Virus record (IMG/VR): IMGVR_UViG_3300032011_003203 | Location: 17,265 to 81,264 of that record | DNA: 64,000 nucleotides | Reading direction: 5' to 3' (one strand) | Source: a virus | Part shown: positions 17,628 through 27,680 of the stretch, one piece after another | Layout of the letters: the number at the start of each line of letters is the position of its first letter | How positions within the stretch are numbered: position 1 is the stretch's first letter | Made by a program: the position numbers and the translations under genes | Notes under the pieces: generated by a model | What the model was told of the DNA's origin: nothing | Database searches by the model: none | The model's input: the letters and a program-made list of their open reading frames with translations, nothing else

Positions 17628-17657
17628 TTGACTTGTATAGGCAAAAAGCCTTATATT
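17628..17657 (+). promoter_or_regulatory. Sigma70-type early promoter TTGACT-N18-TATATT
   Basis: About 37-bp near-identical repeat of the 5225 promoter. Confidence 0.75.
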
Positions 17658-17690
17658 ATGGTCATATTAAATTGGAGATTTAGAAACAAT

Positions 17691-18464
17691 ATGAAAAGTT
17701 TATCAGCAGAAAAAATACAAGAGAACTATAAAACTCTTCGAAATATTATTACGATGACTTTCTCTGGTGAGAGACTAGAGAAATTAAATAAGATGTATGA
17801 TTATTTTGAAGATAGAATGATGTTAGCACCAGCAAGTGCAAAAGAACATTATCACAATGCTATGGTGGGTGGATATGTAGAGCATGTTTTACACATTGTA
17901 GATTTTTCACAATCAGTAAAAAAGTTGTGGGAAGAAAAGGGAGCAGACATTAACTTCACGGATGAAGAATTAATCTTTGCTGCATTACATCACGATTTAG
18001 GTAAGGTAGGTAATTTAGAACACGATTACTATATACCAAATGAATCAGATTGGCATCGTAAGAATCAAGGTAAGATTTATACACATAATCCAGAGTTACC
18101 TTATATGACAGTAACAGATAGAGCATTTTATTTATTACAACACTTCCAAATACCTTTAACAGAAAATGAATATATGGGATTGATGTTAACAGATGGAATG
18201 TATGAAGATGCAAATAAAAAATATTTAATGACCTTCTTACCAGAGACTGGATTGAGAAGTCATATATCACGAATACTACACCAAGCAGATATGATGGCAA
18301 CATTTATCGAATCGGATGAGTGGAAGCGTGGAGATAAAAAAGAGACTAAACGAGTTCTTAAATCAGTAGGTAATATCAAAGATGCCGTTAAGTCAGAAGT
18401 AGAAACTAAACTCACGGGTGAATCACCAAAAGATTTATTTAATGAGTTATTTGGAGATAAGTAA
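17691..18464 (+). CDS. HD-domain phosphohydrolase
   Basis: APAS..HYHNA..GGYVEH, ALHHDLGK, LHQAD; start placed downstream of the promoter. Confidence 0.85.
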   Translation: MKSLSAEKIQENYKTLRNIITMTFSGERLEKLNKMYDYFEDRMMLAPASAKEHYHNAMVGGYVEHVLHIVDFSQSVKKLWEEKGADINFTDEELIFAALHHDLGKVGNLEHDYYIPNESDWHRKNQGKIYTHNPELPYMTVTDRAFYLLQHFQIPLTENEYMGLMLTDGMYEDANKKYLMTFLPETGLRSHISRILHQADMMATFIESDEWKRGDKKETKRVLKSVGNIKDAVKSEVETKLTGESPKDLFNELFGDK

Positions 18465-18724
18465 TGATATTAGAAATATTTGCAGTAGTATGTTTTATAT
18501 TAAGTTTTACACTTGCGTGGACTTCATATAATCAAATACAAAAAGTAGAAAGATTAGAAGAGTGGGTTGAGAACTTCTCAGCTCAAATCATTCTAACACA
18601 ACGAACACTTGATGAATTAGATTCAGAGGGTAAGTTCAAATCCGATGATGAAATCGGAACAGTCTTTACAGCAATTAAAGACACTGTCAATGATTTAAAC
18701 AAAATAACAGAAGAGGATATATAA
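18464..18724 (+). CDS. Membrane-anchored hypothetical protein
   Basis: N-terminal TM helix; coupled start. Confidence 0.6.
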   Translation: MILEIFAVVCFILSFTLAWTSYNQIQKVERLEEWVENFSAQIILTQRTLDELDSEGKFKSDDEIGTVFTAIKDTVNDLNKITEEDI

Positions 18725-19446
18725 TGCCAAGAAAAGCAAAAAAGGGTTCACCACGATATTACTTTCATCAAGGAACTGAAGATGCAATCATTCGCTTGAA
18801 TAAAGAAACTCGTGCTCATATGAAAGAACGAATTTATAATGAACATATTCGTACACCATTTGAGAAACTTGCTGAGAATATAATTCATACATTTAAGTTT
18901 TATTACTTTGATGTTCCAAGTGAGGATGTTAAACACGAAGTGGTTTCATTCTTATATATGAATATTCACAAATTTGCTGAGGGTAAGGGAAAGGCATTTA
19001 GTTATTTCAGTATTGTTGCTAAGAACTATTTGATTCTACACAACAACAATAATTACAAGAAGATGAAACAACACGATAGTGAGGATGTGATGGATTATAA
19101 AAGAGACCCAGTCACAGAACTTCGTGGTAAAGAATCTCGTAGTATGAAGATGGAGTACATCGAACAACTTGCTGATTATTGGAGAAATAATTTAACTACA
19201 GTCTTTAAACGAAAGAAAGATTTGGATGTTGCTAATTCGGTAGTAGAGTTAATTGATATGAGACATAATATCGATAACTTTAATAAGAAAGCATTATACA
19301 TTCTTATTCGTGAAATGACTGGTTCTAATACACAACACATAACTCGTGTAATTAATGTGATGAAGAAACATCATAACAATTTACACAAGGCATATTTAAC
19401 TACTGGCTCGGTTGATACTAAACGAACTGGTAGTTGGTTTGAGTGA
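18724..19446 (+). CDS. Phage RNA polymerase sigma-like factor (gp55-like)
   Basis: KLAENII, HKFAEGKGKAFSYFSIVAKNYL resembles sigma region 2 of T4-like late sigma factors. Confidence 0.65.
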   Translation: MPRKAKKGSPRYYFHQGTEDAIIRLNKETRAHMKERIYNEHIRTPFEKLAENIIHTFKFYYFDVPSEDVKHEVVSFLYMNIHKFAEGKGKAFSYFSIVAKNYLILHNNNNYKKMKQHDSEDVMDYKRDPVTELRGKESRSMKMEYIEQLADYWRNNLTTVFKRKKDLDVANSVVELIDMRHNIDNFNKKALYILIREMTGSNTQHITRVINVMKKHHNNLHKAYLTTGSVDTKRTGSWFE

Positions 19447-20261
19447 AGTTATATCAACAAGATTGGAATTATCGGAAAAACAATACCGATAAATATCCAG
19501 AGTTAAAAGCTATTACATCATATCCAAATTCTTTTTGGTTAACAAGGAATCCTAAGAAACCAAAACTTGGTAGAAAGTTAACTCATAGTATTCGAAGATT
19601 GTGTAGAAGAGCACATCCAGCTCAACCAGTTATAGTTTTATATGCTATACCTGGTAGAGATATGGGTGGACATTCAAAGGGTGGTTTAACAGAAAAACAA
19701 TATCTAAAATATGTTGGTGATATTGCTTTAGGTATTGGAAATTTTAAACCAATAATTATTTTTGAACCAGATGCAATTCCACATATGAGAAAGATGAATT
19801 TCTTTCAACGAACTAATCGTACAAGGTTGATTAAAAAAGCTTTAGGTTTATTATCAAATACCAATGCACAAGTATATCTTGATATTGGACATCCAAATTG
19901 GTTAAAGAAAACAGATGCTGCAACTTATCTTAATTTATTTAACAAAGGTGATATAAAGGGTTTTTCTATTAATGTGAGTAATTTCGTAACAACAGATAAG
20001 TGTTTACGATATGGTGATAAAATATCTGAAGAAACAAATTTAAATTATGTTATAGATACATCAAGAAATGGTAACGAGGTTTGGGAAACATTCAATCCAC
20101 AAGATATGAAACTTGGTGAAGAACCTACTATCAGAACTAATTCAAGAAAGTGTGATGCTTATCTTTGGATTAAAACACCAGGTGAAAGTGATGGTGCTGT
20201 AAATGGTTGGCCTAAAGCTGGTAGATTTAATGCTAAAAAAACCTTATCTCTTATAAATTAA
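19443..20261 (+). CDS. Glycoside hydrolase family 6 (cellulase-like)
   Basis: YAIPGRD, SKGG, IFEPDA, YLDIGH, GFSINVSNF, YVIDTSRNG, DAYLWIKTPGESDG. Confidence 0.88.
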   Translation: MKLYQQDWNYRKNNTDKYPELKAITSYPNSFWLTRNPKKPKLGRKLTHSIRRLCRRAHPAQPVIVLYAIPGRDMGGHSKGGLTEKQYLKYVGDIALGIGNFKPIIIFEPDAIPHMRKMNFFQRTNRTRLIKKALGLLSNTNAQVYLDIGHPNWLKKTDAATYLNLFNKGDIKGFSINVSNFVTTDKCLRYGDKISEETNLNYVIDTSRNGNEVWETFNPQDMKLGEEPTIRTNSRKCDAYLWIKTPGESDGAVNGWPKAGRFNAKKTLSLIN

Positions 20262-20295
20262 AAAGGGGGAACTCGGATAAGCTCCCCCTTTATTT
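20261..20295. terminator. Bidirectional intrinsic terminator
   Basis: AAAAGGGGGA..TCCCCCTTTATTT hairpin between convergent genes. Confidence 0.75.
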
Positions 20296-20312
20296 AGTCA
20301 TCCGATATAGTA

Positions 20313-20534
20313 CTACTTACGGAATAAACCCACCAACACCAATAATGCGACTAATCCAGCGAAACCAGATTCGCCGAAATTATTAATAATTGCTGTTAGG
20401 TTACCAATAACATTAACGCCGAAGATACCGCTTCCGAATATAATTTCAGAAACCGCACCAATGGCTACCAGCGATAACATCAGTTGAGCTAAGTCATCTG
20501 CGTATCCTTTTACGAGTGTTATGATTTCCTTCAT
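20313..20534 (-). CDS. Small hydrophobic membrane protein
   Basis: Two hydrophobic helices; GGGAG RBS and promoter motif (20592-20600) on the minus strand. Confidence 0.75.
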   Translation of the reverse strand: MKEIITLVKGYADDLAQLMLSLVAIGAVSEIIFGSGIFGVNVIGNLTAIINNFGESGFAGLVALLVLVGLFRK

Positions 20535-20693
20535 ATGGTTATATCTCCCGTTAGTTAATCAATTTAGTCGGAGTTTTATTTACCGACAAATAATAACTAT
20601 TGTATATATTAGGAAAAATTGATTCATATATATTTATATACACCAATTTTTTAAGAATTTGATATTTATTATTGTAACAATATAGGTAAAATT

Positions 20694-21074
20694 ATGGCGA
20701 TAGATTTCGAAGTTTTCGAGGGTAAAACCTTATCAGATGTATTTAAGGACATTTATGATAACTCAAACAAGAACAAGACTCAGTTAGAAGTACTGATGAA
20801 AGAGGTGGTTGGGTTTATCAAGGATGGCGATACGGCCGTACAAATAATTCCTATGTTGAAAGAGTATTTAGAAATCAATGTAAAGAATGATGAACAACTT
20901 GTTAAGTTGGCAACCATTGTACAGAGAATGGCAACTGCTGGTAATAAGGGTGATGATGATGATAACTTTATGTTGAGTGATAGAGAAAAAGAACAATTAA
21001 TGAATAACATTCAAAGCACGGTCGAAGAACTTCAAGACCATTCGGATAACATAACTGCAAAATTAGATAGCTAA
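20694..21074 (+). CDS. Hypothetical protein heading the structural operon
   Basis: Helical ORF after promoter motif at 20662. Confidence 0.7.
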   Translation: MAIDFEVFEGKTLSDVFKDIYDNSNKNKTQLEVLMKEVVGFIKDGDTAVQIIPMLKEYLEINVKNDEQLVKLATIVQRMATAGNKGDDDDNFMLSDREKEQLMNNIQSTVEELQDHSDNITAKLDS

Positions 21075-22207
21075 TGTCATACAATATCAAACCTAAAAGT
21101 GGAACTAAATCTGGTCCAATAACGGGTAATAGAGTACAAAATGTTGAATCTACATTAAGATTAATAAAAGAAATATCAGATGAACCTGGTCAGTTTTATG
21201 AATTAGAACCTTTAGAAGTATTAGAGGTACATTTAGATGATACAAAAAACTCTTTCCCACAAGGAAGTGATGGGCCTGATTATACTTATCTTGGTGGAGT
21301 TAAGGGTAGGTTAGTAATTTCAGAGACTGGAAAAAACATTGATAAGTTAAGTGATTACAAACCATTAAATCCAAATATACAAACTACACCAGTGATTGGT
21401 GAAATTGTAATTGGTGTAAAATATCTTGGACAATTATTCTATACAACACAAGTAAATTTTTTTGGTAATCCCAATTTTAATACACAACACGGATTAAGTA
21501 AAGGTAAATCAAAAGATACTTTAGTATCTGATAATATCGATACTGCAAACGAACAAGATGATACAGGTGTAAAAGTTGGTTACTATTTAGAACCAACGCA
21601 AGATGTAAGAAGATTATTACCACAAGAGGGTGATGTTTTAATTGAGGGTAGGTTTGGAAACACTATTAGAATTGGTAGTGATATAAAAAATGATAATCAA
21701 GATTCACCAAATATTATTTTAAATGCTGGACAATCAAAAGATGATTTTCCAAATCCAAAACAACCAGTAGAAGAAAAAATTGATACAGATGGTTCGAGTG
21801 TTTACATAACCACAAATCAACCATTAACATTTACACCTGGTATAGAAAGTAAATTATCACCACCACCATATGAGGGAAAAAATATATTACTTAGTTCAGA
21901 TAGAATTATTTTTAATACAAAGAATGGTGGGGATATAGTTTTTGGTAGTAATAATAATATTTCTATTTGTGCACCAAAGGAAGTTGTGATAGAAGCAGAT
22001 ACTACCAAGATAGGAAGTGTTGAAGCATCAGAACCATTAGTGTTAGGTGCGATATTAGAAAGTAAGTTAAATGATATACTAACATTAATTGAGACTGGTT
22101 TGTTAGCACCGACAGGGCCAGTAGTAGTTGGACCTGGTGCAGGATTATTAGCTAGTTTAAAATCAACACTCTCACAAATAAAGAGTCCTAAGAATTTGGT
22201 AGAGTAA
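21074..22207 (+). CDS. Putative baseplate hub/central spike (gp5-like)
   Basis: PVIGEIV OB-fold-like N-terminus, EGDVLIEGRFGNTIRIGS, beta-helix-like C-terminus; lies upstream of the gp25/gp6-like genes. Confidence 0.55.
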   Translation: MSYNIKPKSGTKSGPITGNRVQNVESTLRLIKEISDEPGQFYELEPLEVLEVHLDDTKNSFPQGSDGPDYTYLGGVKGRLVISETGKNIDKLSDYKPLNPNIQTTPVIGEIVIGVKYLGQLFYTTQVNFFGNPNFNTQHGLSKGKSKDTLVSDNIDTANEQDDTGVKVGYYLEPTQDVRRLLPQEGDVLIEGRFGNTIRIGSDIKNDNQDSPNIILNAGQSKDDFPNPKQPVEEKIDTDGSSVYITTNQPLTFTPGIESKLSPPPYEGKNILLSSDRIIFNTKNGGDIVFGSNNNISICAPKEVVIEADTTKIGSVEASEPLVLGAILESKLNDILTLIETGLLAPTGPVVVGPGAGLLASLKSTLSQIKSPKNLVE

Positions 22208-22479
22208 TGAAGAATGATACTATTAAAGTTATCTTGAGTACGATAACTGCTTTAGGTGGTATTGGTGGGACATATAAAACTATGGAAAATAGAGTTTCAG
22301 ATTTAGAAAATAAATTACAAGCACAAGAAGAGTATTTAAGAATTGAACTTCAAGTAGAGAAGTTACGACAAGAAGAACTTATCAATGAGATGAAACATAA
22401 AAATAAAATGGATTCACTTACATTTGATATGGCAATGAAGCAACAAGAATATTTAATAAAATTAAGTCAAATGGAATAG
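22207..22479 (+). CDS. Hypothetical protein (TM plus coiled coil)
   Basis: ORF track; coupled start. Confidence 0.55.
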   Translation: MKNDTIKVILSTITALGGIGGTYKTMENRVSDLENKLQAQEEYLRIELQVEKLRQEELINEMKHKNKMDSLTFDMAMKQQEYLIKLSQME

Positions 22480-22494
22480 TTTTTAGAGGAAATT

Positions 22495-22947
22495 ATGAGT
22501 TGGGATATATTTAAAGCTGAGTATAAAAAGGGTTTAGATGCAGGAGATGATATGGCAAAAGTAATTGCTGAATCATATGATAAGTGTATTAAACTTGGAA
22601 TGACTGTAGGAGCAGCACCACCCGCACCATTAGCAAGTGGTAATGTTGCAGCATTAGAAGCAATGTTAAAAATTGCTTTTAAATCTTACGGAGTAACACC
22701 ATTTCCACTACAACTCGATACAGGTTTAAAATTGTATTGGTTGGGTGGAGTTACTGCAGCAGGAGCGACTGTAATAGTTCCAGGAATAACTGCAGCATAT
22801 GTTCCTTTGGGAGCAGCAAATAAAGATGTTGATGATTTTGTAGAACAATTAATAAAAAGTTTTAAAACGCACTTAGGTCAGGTGAGTGGACTGTTTCCAG
22901 CAGCACCATCACCTTTACCATTTGCAGGTTATAATGTACCAGGATAA
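22495..22947 (+). CDS. Hypothetical virion protein
   Basis: Ala/Pro/Gly-rich; GAGG RBS. Confidence 0.6.
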   Translation: MSWDIFKAEYKKGLDAGDDMAKVIAESYDKCIKLGMTVGAAPPAPLASGNVAALEAMLKIAFKSYGVTPFPLQLDTGLKLYWLGGVTAAGATVIVPGITAAYVPLGAANKDVDDFVEQLIKSFKTHLGQVSGLFPAAPSPLPFAGYNVPG

Positions 22948-22958
22948 AGGAGTTAGAA

Positions 22959-23447
22959 ATGACTAAAAAGCAATTAGTAAAAATAATACAAGAAGTAGTA
23001 CGAATAGAAGTACAAAAAGAGGTCAAACAGATATTTATTAATGAGGGAATAAATAGCTTAAAGACTAAAAGAAGTACTACTCTCAAATCAACCGCACCAA
23101 TCGCGAAGAAAAAGGTTCGAAAAATCGTAAAGAAGAAACCAGTTGTTAAACAATATACATCTAATGAATCTCTAAATAGTATTCTTAATGAAACTGCTAA
23201 TATGGAAACGGATGAATATCCAACAATGGGTGGAGGAGCTTTTGATTCAAGTAGAGCAGCAGAACTATTAGGATATGCAGATGCTGGATTTGGTGGTGAT
23301 AAAGAAACTGCAAGAAAAGTTGCAGCGGTACAAACAATGAAAGAAGCTGGAGTTAGTTCAGACCAAGTACCTGAGAGTGTAGTAGATGCCCTAACAAAAG
23401 ATTATAGTGCTTTAATGAAACACGATAAGATGAAGAGTAAAAGATAA
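22959..23447 (+). CDS. Hypothetical protein
   Basis: AGGAG RBS. Confidence 0.65.
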   Translation: MTKKQLVKIIQEVVRIEVQKEVKQIFINEGINSLKTKRSTTLKSTAPIAKKKVRKIVKKKPVVKQYTSNESLNSILNETANMETDEYPTMGGGAFDSSRAAELLGYADAGFGGDKETARKVAAVQTMKEAGVSSDQVPESVVDALTKDYSALMKHDKMKSKR

Positions 23448-23899
23448 TGCCTGAAAATGTCAACCTAACGAATAATCCATCTGTCCAACAGATTAATGAG
23501 GATGAAGATTCTTTCTTCGGTTGTACATTTCCATTAACTTATCAAGGTGATAATGTAGGATTTTTTCCAAGAGCAAAAACAGTCAAGGAACAAGCATTTT
23601 CAAATATAAAAAATCTTTTATTAACTATGAAAGGTGAGCGAGTTGGTCAACCAGATTTTGGTAGTAATTTACCAGCATTAATATTTGAACAAGTTGGGCC
23701 AGAATTAAGTGATAGTATTGAAGAAACTATACACGAAGCATTAGAACAATGGTTACCTTATATAAAAGCACAAAATGTTTTTGTGGTACAAGATGAAGCA
23801 AACCCAAACCAAATAGTAGTTACATTAGAATTTATTGTGACAGTTGATGACCCAGATTCACCTGAAACAATAACTTTTAATTTTAACGCAGGAGAGTAA
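23447..23899 (+). CDS. Baseplate wedge protein, gp25/GPW-like
   Basis: NIKNLLLTMKGERVGQPDFGS...LEQWLPYI. Confidence 0.88.
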   Translation: MPENVNLTNNPSVQQINEDEDSFFGCTFPLTYQGDNVGFFPRAKTVKEQAFSNIKNLLLTMKGERVGQPDFGSNLPALIFEQVGPELSDSIEETIHEALEQWLPYIKAQNVFVVQDEANPNQIVVTLEFIVTVDDPDSPETITFNFNAGE

Positions 23900-23900
23900 A

Positions 23901-25871
23901 ATGGCTAATGATGTAGATTATGGTCTAAATAAGAAAAAAGAAAAAAGAGATATTAGATATATTGGTAGAGAGTTTTCTACTATTAGAGCTAATCTATTAG
24001 AATACGCCAAATCATATTATCCTACAGCATACAATGATTTTAACGAATCATCACCAGGTATGATGTTTATTGAAATGGCAAGTTATGTTGGGGATACTTT
24101 ATCATTTTATATCGACACTCAATACAGAGAAACCTTATTACACGCTGCAGAAGAAACAAAGAATATTTATAAAATTGCACAATCATTTGGATATAAACCA
24201 AAACTATCTCATCCAGCATCAGTACTTAGTGAGATAACAATTGAAGTACCAGCAGAAGATGATGGTACAAGTGTAACACCTGATTTAGATTATGCATTAA
24301 TGGTAAATGCAGATAGTATATTTTCATCCAAAAGTGGAAGAACTTTTAGATTATTAGATGATGTTAATTTTAAAACATCATCATCACTTGATTCACGAGT
24401 AGAAAAAATATCACAATATGATTCAGATACACCAACACACTTTACATTAACTAAAAAATGTTTATTAGAATCTGGTACAAAAACTACTGAGAATTTTACA
24501 TTCGGTGCAGGAATTAAATTTGACAAAGTTATTTTAAGTAAAGAAAAGGTAATACAAATTTTAAGTGTTGTTGATGATGATGGAAATACTTGGTACGAAG
24601 TTCCTTTCTTAGCACAAGATACAGTCTTTGCATCAACCGAAAATAATGCAACAACCACACCTGATGTATCTGCTAATGCAGCAGATGCACCTTATATGTT
24701 GAAGTTAATTAAAACTGCAAATAGATTTACAACCTACACGAGAAGTGATGGTAAATCAGAATTACGATTTGGTGCAGGAACATCAACAAATGCAGATGAA
24801 GAAATAATTCCAAATCCAGATAATGTTGGTTCATCATTAGGAACTGGTGTTAGTAAACTTGATGCATCATTTGACCCAAGTAATTTTTTAAAAACAAAAG
24901 CATTTGGACAAGCACCAAGTAATATTACATTAACTATAACTTACACATATGGTGGAGCAATAGAAGATAATATTCTTACTAATGAATTAAAAAATAATGA
25001 TAGTCTTTCCACTACATTAAATGAAGAGGGATTAGATTCTGATAAAGTTGGTGAAACAAAAGATAGTATTAGTATTACAAACAAAGAACCTGCTACTGGT
25101 GGAAGTGGTGGAGAATCACCTGAAGAAATTAGACAAAATGCTTTAGCATATTTTAATTCACAAAATAGAGCAGTTACTAAAGAGGATTATATTACAAGAG
25201 TTTATTCATTACCACAAAAGTATGGTAACATTGCTAAAGTACATATTGTACAAGATGAACAATTAGAACAAAATACACAGACAATTATAAAAGATGGTAA
25301 GATTAAAAAAGAAAAAAATATAACAACAATACCCAATCCATTAGCATTGAATATGTATGTGTTGGGTTATGATAGAACTAAAAAATTAGTTGCATTAAAT
25401 GATGCGGTTAAACAAAACCTTAGAGTTTATTTATCTCAATACAGAGTATTAACAGATGCAATAAATATTAAAGATGGTTACACAATTAATATTGGGTGTA
25501 GATTCTCAATCATAACTCAGAGAGGACATAACAAAAATGCAGTTTTACTTAAATGTATTGATGCGGTAAAGAATCATTTTGATATAACTAAATGGCAAAT
25601 CAATCAACCAATAATTTTAAGTGATATTGCTTATGTGATATCTTTAGTTGATGGTGTAGCAAGTGTTGTTCCACCTGAAGATGATAATCCACAGAAACAA
25701 ATGGTTGTTGTTGAGAATAAGTGGAGAACTGAGAGTGGATATAGTGGACATGTCTATGATTTACAATCTGCAACAAAAGATGGAATTATTTACTCATCAC
25801 TTGACCCAAGTATATTTGAACTTAAATACCCGAACTTAGATATCGAGGGTAGAGTAGTAGGAGACATTTAA
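23901..25871 (+). CDS. Baseplate wedge protein, T4 gp6/BplJ-like
   Basis: DFNESSPGMMFIEMASYVGD, ATGGSGGES.EEIRQNA, QNRAVTKEDY. Confidence 0.88.
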   Translation: MANDVDYGLNKKKEKRDIRYIGREFSTIRANLLEYAKSYYPTAYNDFNESSPGMMFIEMASYVGDTLSFYIDTQYRETLLHAAEETKNIYKIAQSFGYKPKLSHPASVLSEITIEVPAEDDGTSVTPDLDYALMVNADSIFSSKSGRTFRLLDDVNFKTSSSLDSRVEKISQYDSDTPTHFTLTKKCLLESGTKTTENFTFGAGIKFDKVILSKEKVIQILSVVDDDGNTWYEVPFLAQDTVFASTENNATTTPDVSANAADAPYMLKLIKTANRFTTYTRSDGKSELRFGAGTSTNADEEIIPNPDNVGSSLGTGVSKLDASFDPSNFLKTKAFGQAPSNITLTITYTYGGAIEDNILTNELKNNDSLSTTLNEEGLDSDKVGETKDSISITNKEPATGGSGGESPEEIRQNALAYFNSQNRAVTKEDYITRVYSLPQKYGNIAKVHIVQDEQLEQNTQTIIKDGKIKKEKNITTIPNPLALNMYVLGYDRTKKLVALNDAVKQNLRVYLSQYRVLTDAINIKDGYTINIGCRFSIITQRGHNKNAVLLKCIDAVKNHFDITKWQINQPIILSDIAYVISLVDGVASVVPPEDDNPQKQMVVVENKWRTESGYSGHVYDLQSATKDGIIYSSLDPSIFELKYPNLDIEGRVVGDI

Positions 25872-27049
25872 TGTTTTATTTTGAATACCCAACAACAGAC
25901 ACAACAATTTATGAAGGTAGTATTACATCATCAATCAATACAGGTTTAGATGAAATATTAGAGGTTTCAAAAAATGTTAACTCTTCAGGCACTACAATTA
26001 GTGTATCAAGAGCATTATTAAAATTTGATTATAGTTATATCTCATCATCAGTACAAAGTGGAATTATTCCAAGTGATGCAAAGTATTATTTAAATCTATA
26101 TGATGCTAGTTCTACAGAACTTGCGATAGAACAAACTTTAGAAACATATATGATTAGTGGAAGTTGGAATGGTGGAACTGGTACAATCGATAGAGACCCA
26201 GCATTAAGTGATGGGGCAAGTTGGAAGTATCGTGATAATGATACTGATAAAACAGAATGGGTAAGTGGTAGTACTACACAAGGTGGTACTTGGTACACTT
26301 CAAGTTTAGATAGTTCATATAATATTTCATCATCATTTAATTTAGTTTACGAAACAAGAGATATAAGAATGGATGTAACCGATTTAGTTAAGAATCATAT
26401 CTATTCCAGTTCAGTATTTCCAAACAATGGATTTATTGTAAAAAGAAATAATACTGCAACCAGTCAAAGTTTACATTCTATATTTGACCCCACAACCGCA
26501 ACTGGTTCTGCAGAGGGTAATTCAACACCACTTGGTAATTTGAAATTCTTTTCAAGAGAAACCCACACTATCTTTCCGCCAAAGTTAGAAGTAGAGTGGG
26601 ATGATTCAACTTGGAACACAGGCAGTTTAAGTGAATTAAGTTCAACAGATTTAGAGAGGTTGACTGTTTATTTTCAAAATATGAAACCAGAATACAAAGA
26701 AAAATCAAAAGTAAAATTTAGAGTAGTGGGTAGAGAATTATATCCAACACGAGGATTTGAAACTACACCAGCAGCATTAACAATCAAAACACTACCAAGT
26801 GGTAGTAGAACTATAGAACAAGGAACTTACTATTCAATAAAAGATGCACATACAGAAGATGTGATAATACCATTTAGTACAGGTTCAATTGTTAGTTGTG
26901 ATTCAAGTGGTAATTACTTTAATGTGTGGATGAATGGGTTTCAACCTGAAAGATTCTACAGATTTGAAATTAAAGTTGTTAGTGGTAGTGGAGTAGACCA
27001 AACTTCTATGATATATGATGATGATTATGAATTTAAAGTGGTGAGGTAA
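25871..27049 (+). CDS. Virion structural protein
   Basis: Coupled to the baseplate gene; beta-rich, S/T-rich. Confidence 0.65.
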   Translation: MFYFEYPTTDTTIYEGSITSSINTGLDEILEVSKNVNSSGTTISVSRALLKFDYSYISSSVQSGIIPSDAKYYLNLYDASSTELAIEQTLETYMISGSWNGGTGTIDRDPALSDGASWKYRDNDTDKTEWVSGSTTQGGTWYTSSLDSSYNISSSFNLVYETRDIRMDVTDLVKNHIYSSSVFPNNGFIVKRNNTATSQSLHSIFDPTTATGSAEGNSTPLGNLKFFSRETHTIFPPKLEVEWDDSTWNTGSLSELSSTDLERLTVYFQNMKPEYKEKSKVKFRVVGRELYPTRGFETTPAALTIKTLPSGSRTIEQGTYYSIKDAHTEDVIIPFSTGSIVSCDSSGNYFNVWMNGFQPERFYRFEIKVVSGSGVDQTSMIYDDDYEFKVVR

Positions 27050-27050
27050 A

Positions 27051-27677
27051 ATGCCATTAACTTACGAACAAGCAAAGAAAAAAGATTTTTATCGTAATAT
27101 TCAAGATGCAGATGAACGAAAACATTTAAAAGCACTTGAAGAAGAAAAGAACAGAGCCGCAATAAGTGGTTCTGCACTTGATGCATTAAATCCATTACGA
27201 GATGAAAATGGTTTCTTATTATCTTACGAGGACCCAAAGAATCCAGGTGAAACTTTAACAGAAGAATATCAATATGTTCGAATTGGCGTTGAACAAAAAG
27301 CATCTATAACAGCAGATGTTATACGACACTTTGGTGATGATTTACAATTCTTAGAACTTATGCCAAAAGAGATTGAAGAAGCCACAACAACACAAGAAGA
27401 ATTAAATCAACTTAAAAAAGATTTACAAGGTAAAATAGAAGAACAAGATTTATTAAATCAAGAATTAGATATAACAGGTAAAAAATTACAAAATACTATT
27501 GCAATTCAAAATGAACAAGAAATACCATTTCCGAATTTAGATGAAGAAACAGAACAACTTCAAGCAGATAGAGATGCTGCAAGAGAAAAGATTGCAAAAA
27601 TATTTGGTAAAGGTAAACTTGCAAAAAAGATAGCAGATAAAGTAGCAAAAGAAATCAAAAAAACTACTGGAGAGTAA
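27051..27677 (+). CDS. Hypothetical coiled-coil protein
   Basis: ORF track. Confidence 0.6.
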   Translation: MPLTYEQAKKKDFYRNIQDADERKHLKALEEEKNRAAISGSALDALNPLRDENGFLLSYEDPKNPGETLTEEYQYVRIGVEQKASITADVIRHFGDDLQFLELMPKEIEEATTTQEELNQLKKDLQGKIEEQDLLNQELDITGKKLQNTIAIQNEQEIPFPNLDEETEQLQADRDAAREKIAKIFGKGKLAKKIADKVAKEIKKTTGE

Positions 27678-27680
27678 TGA

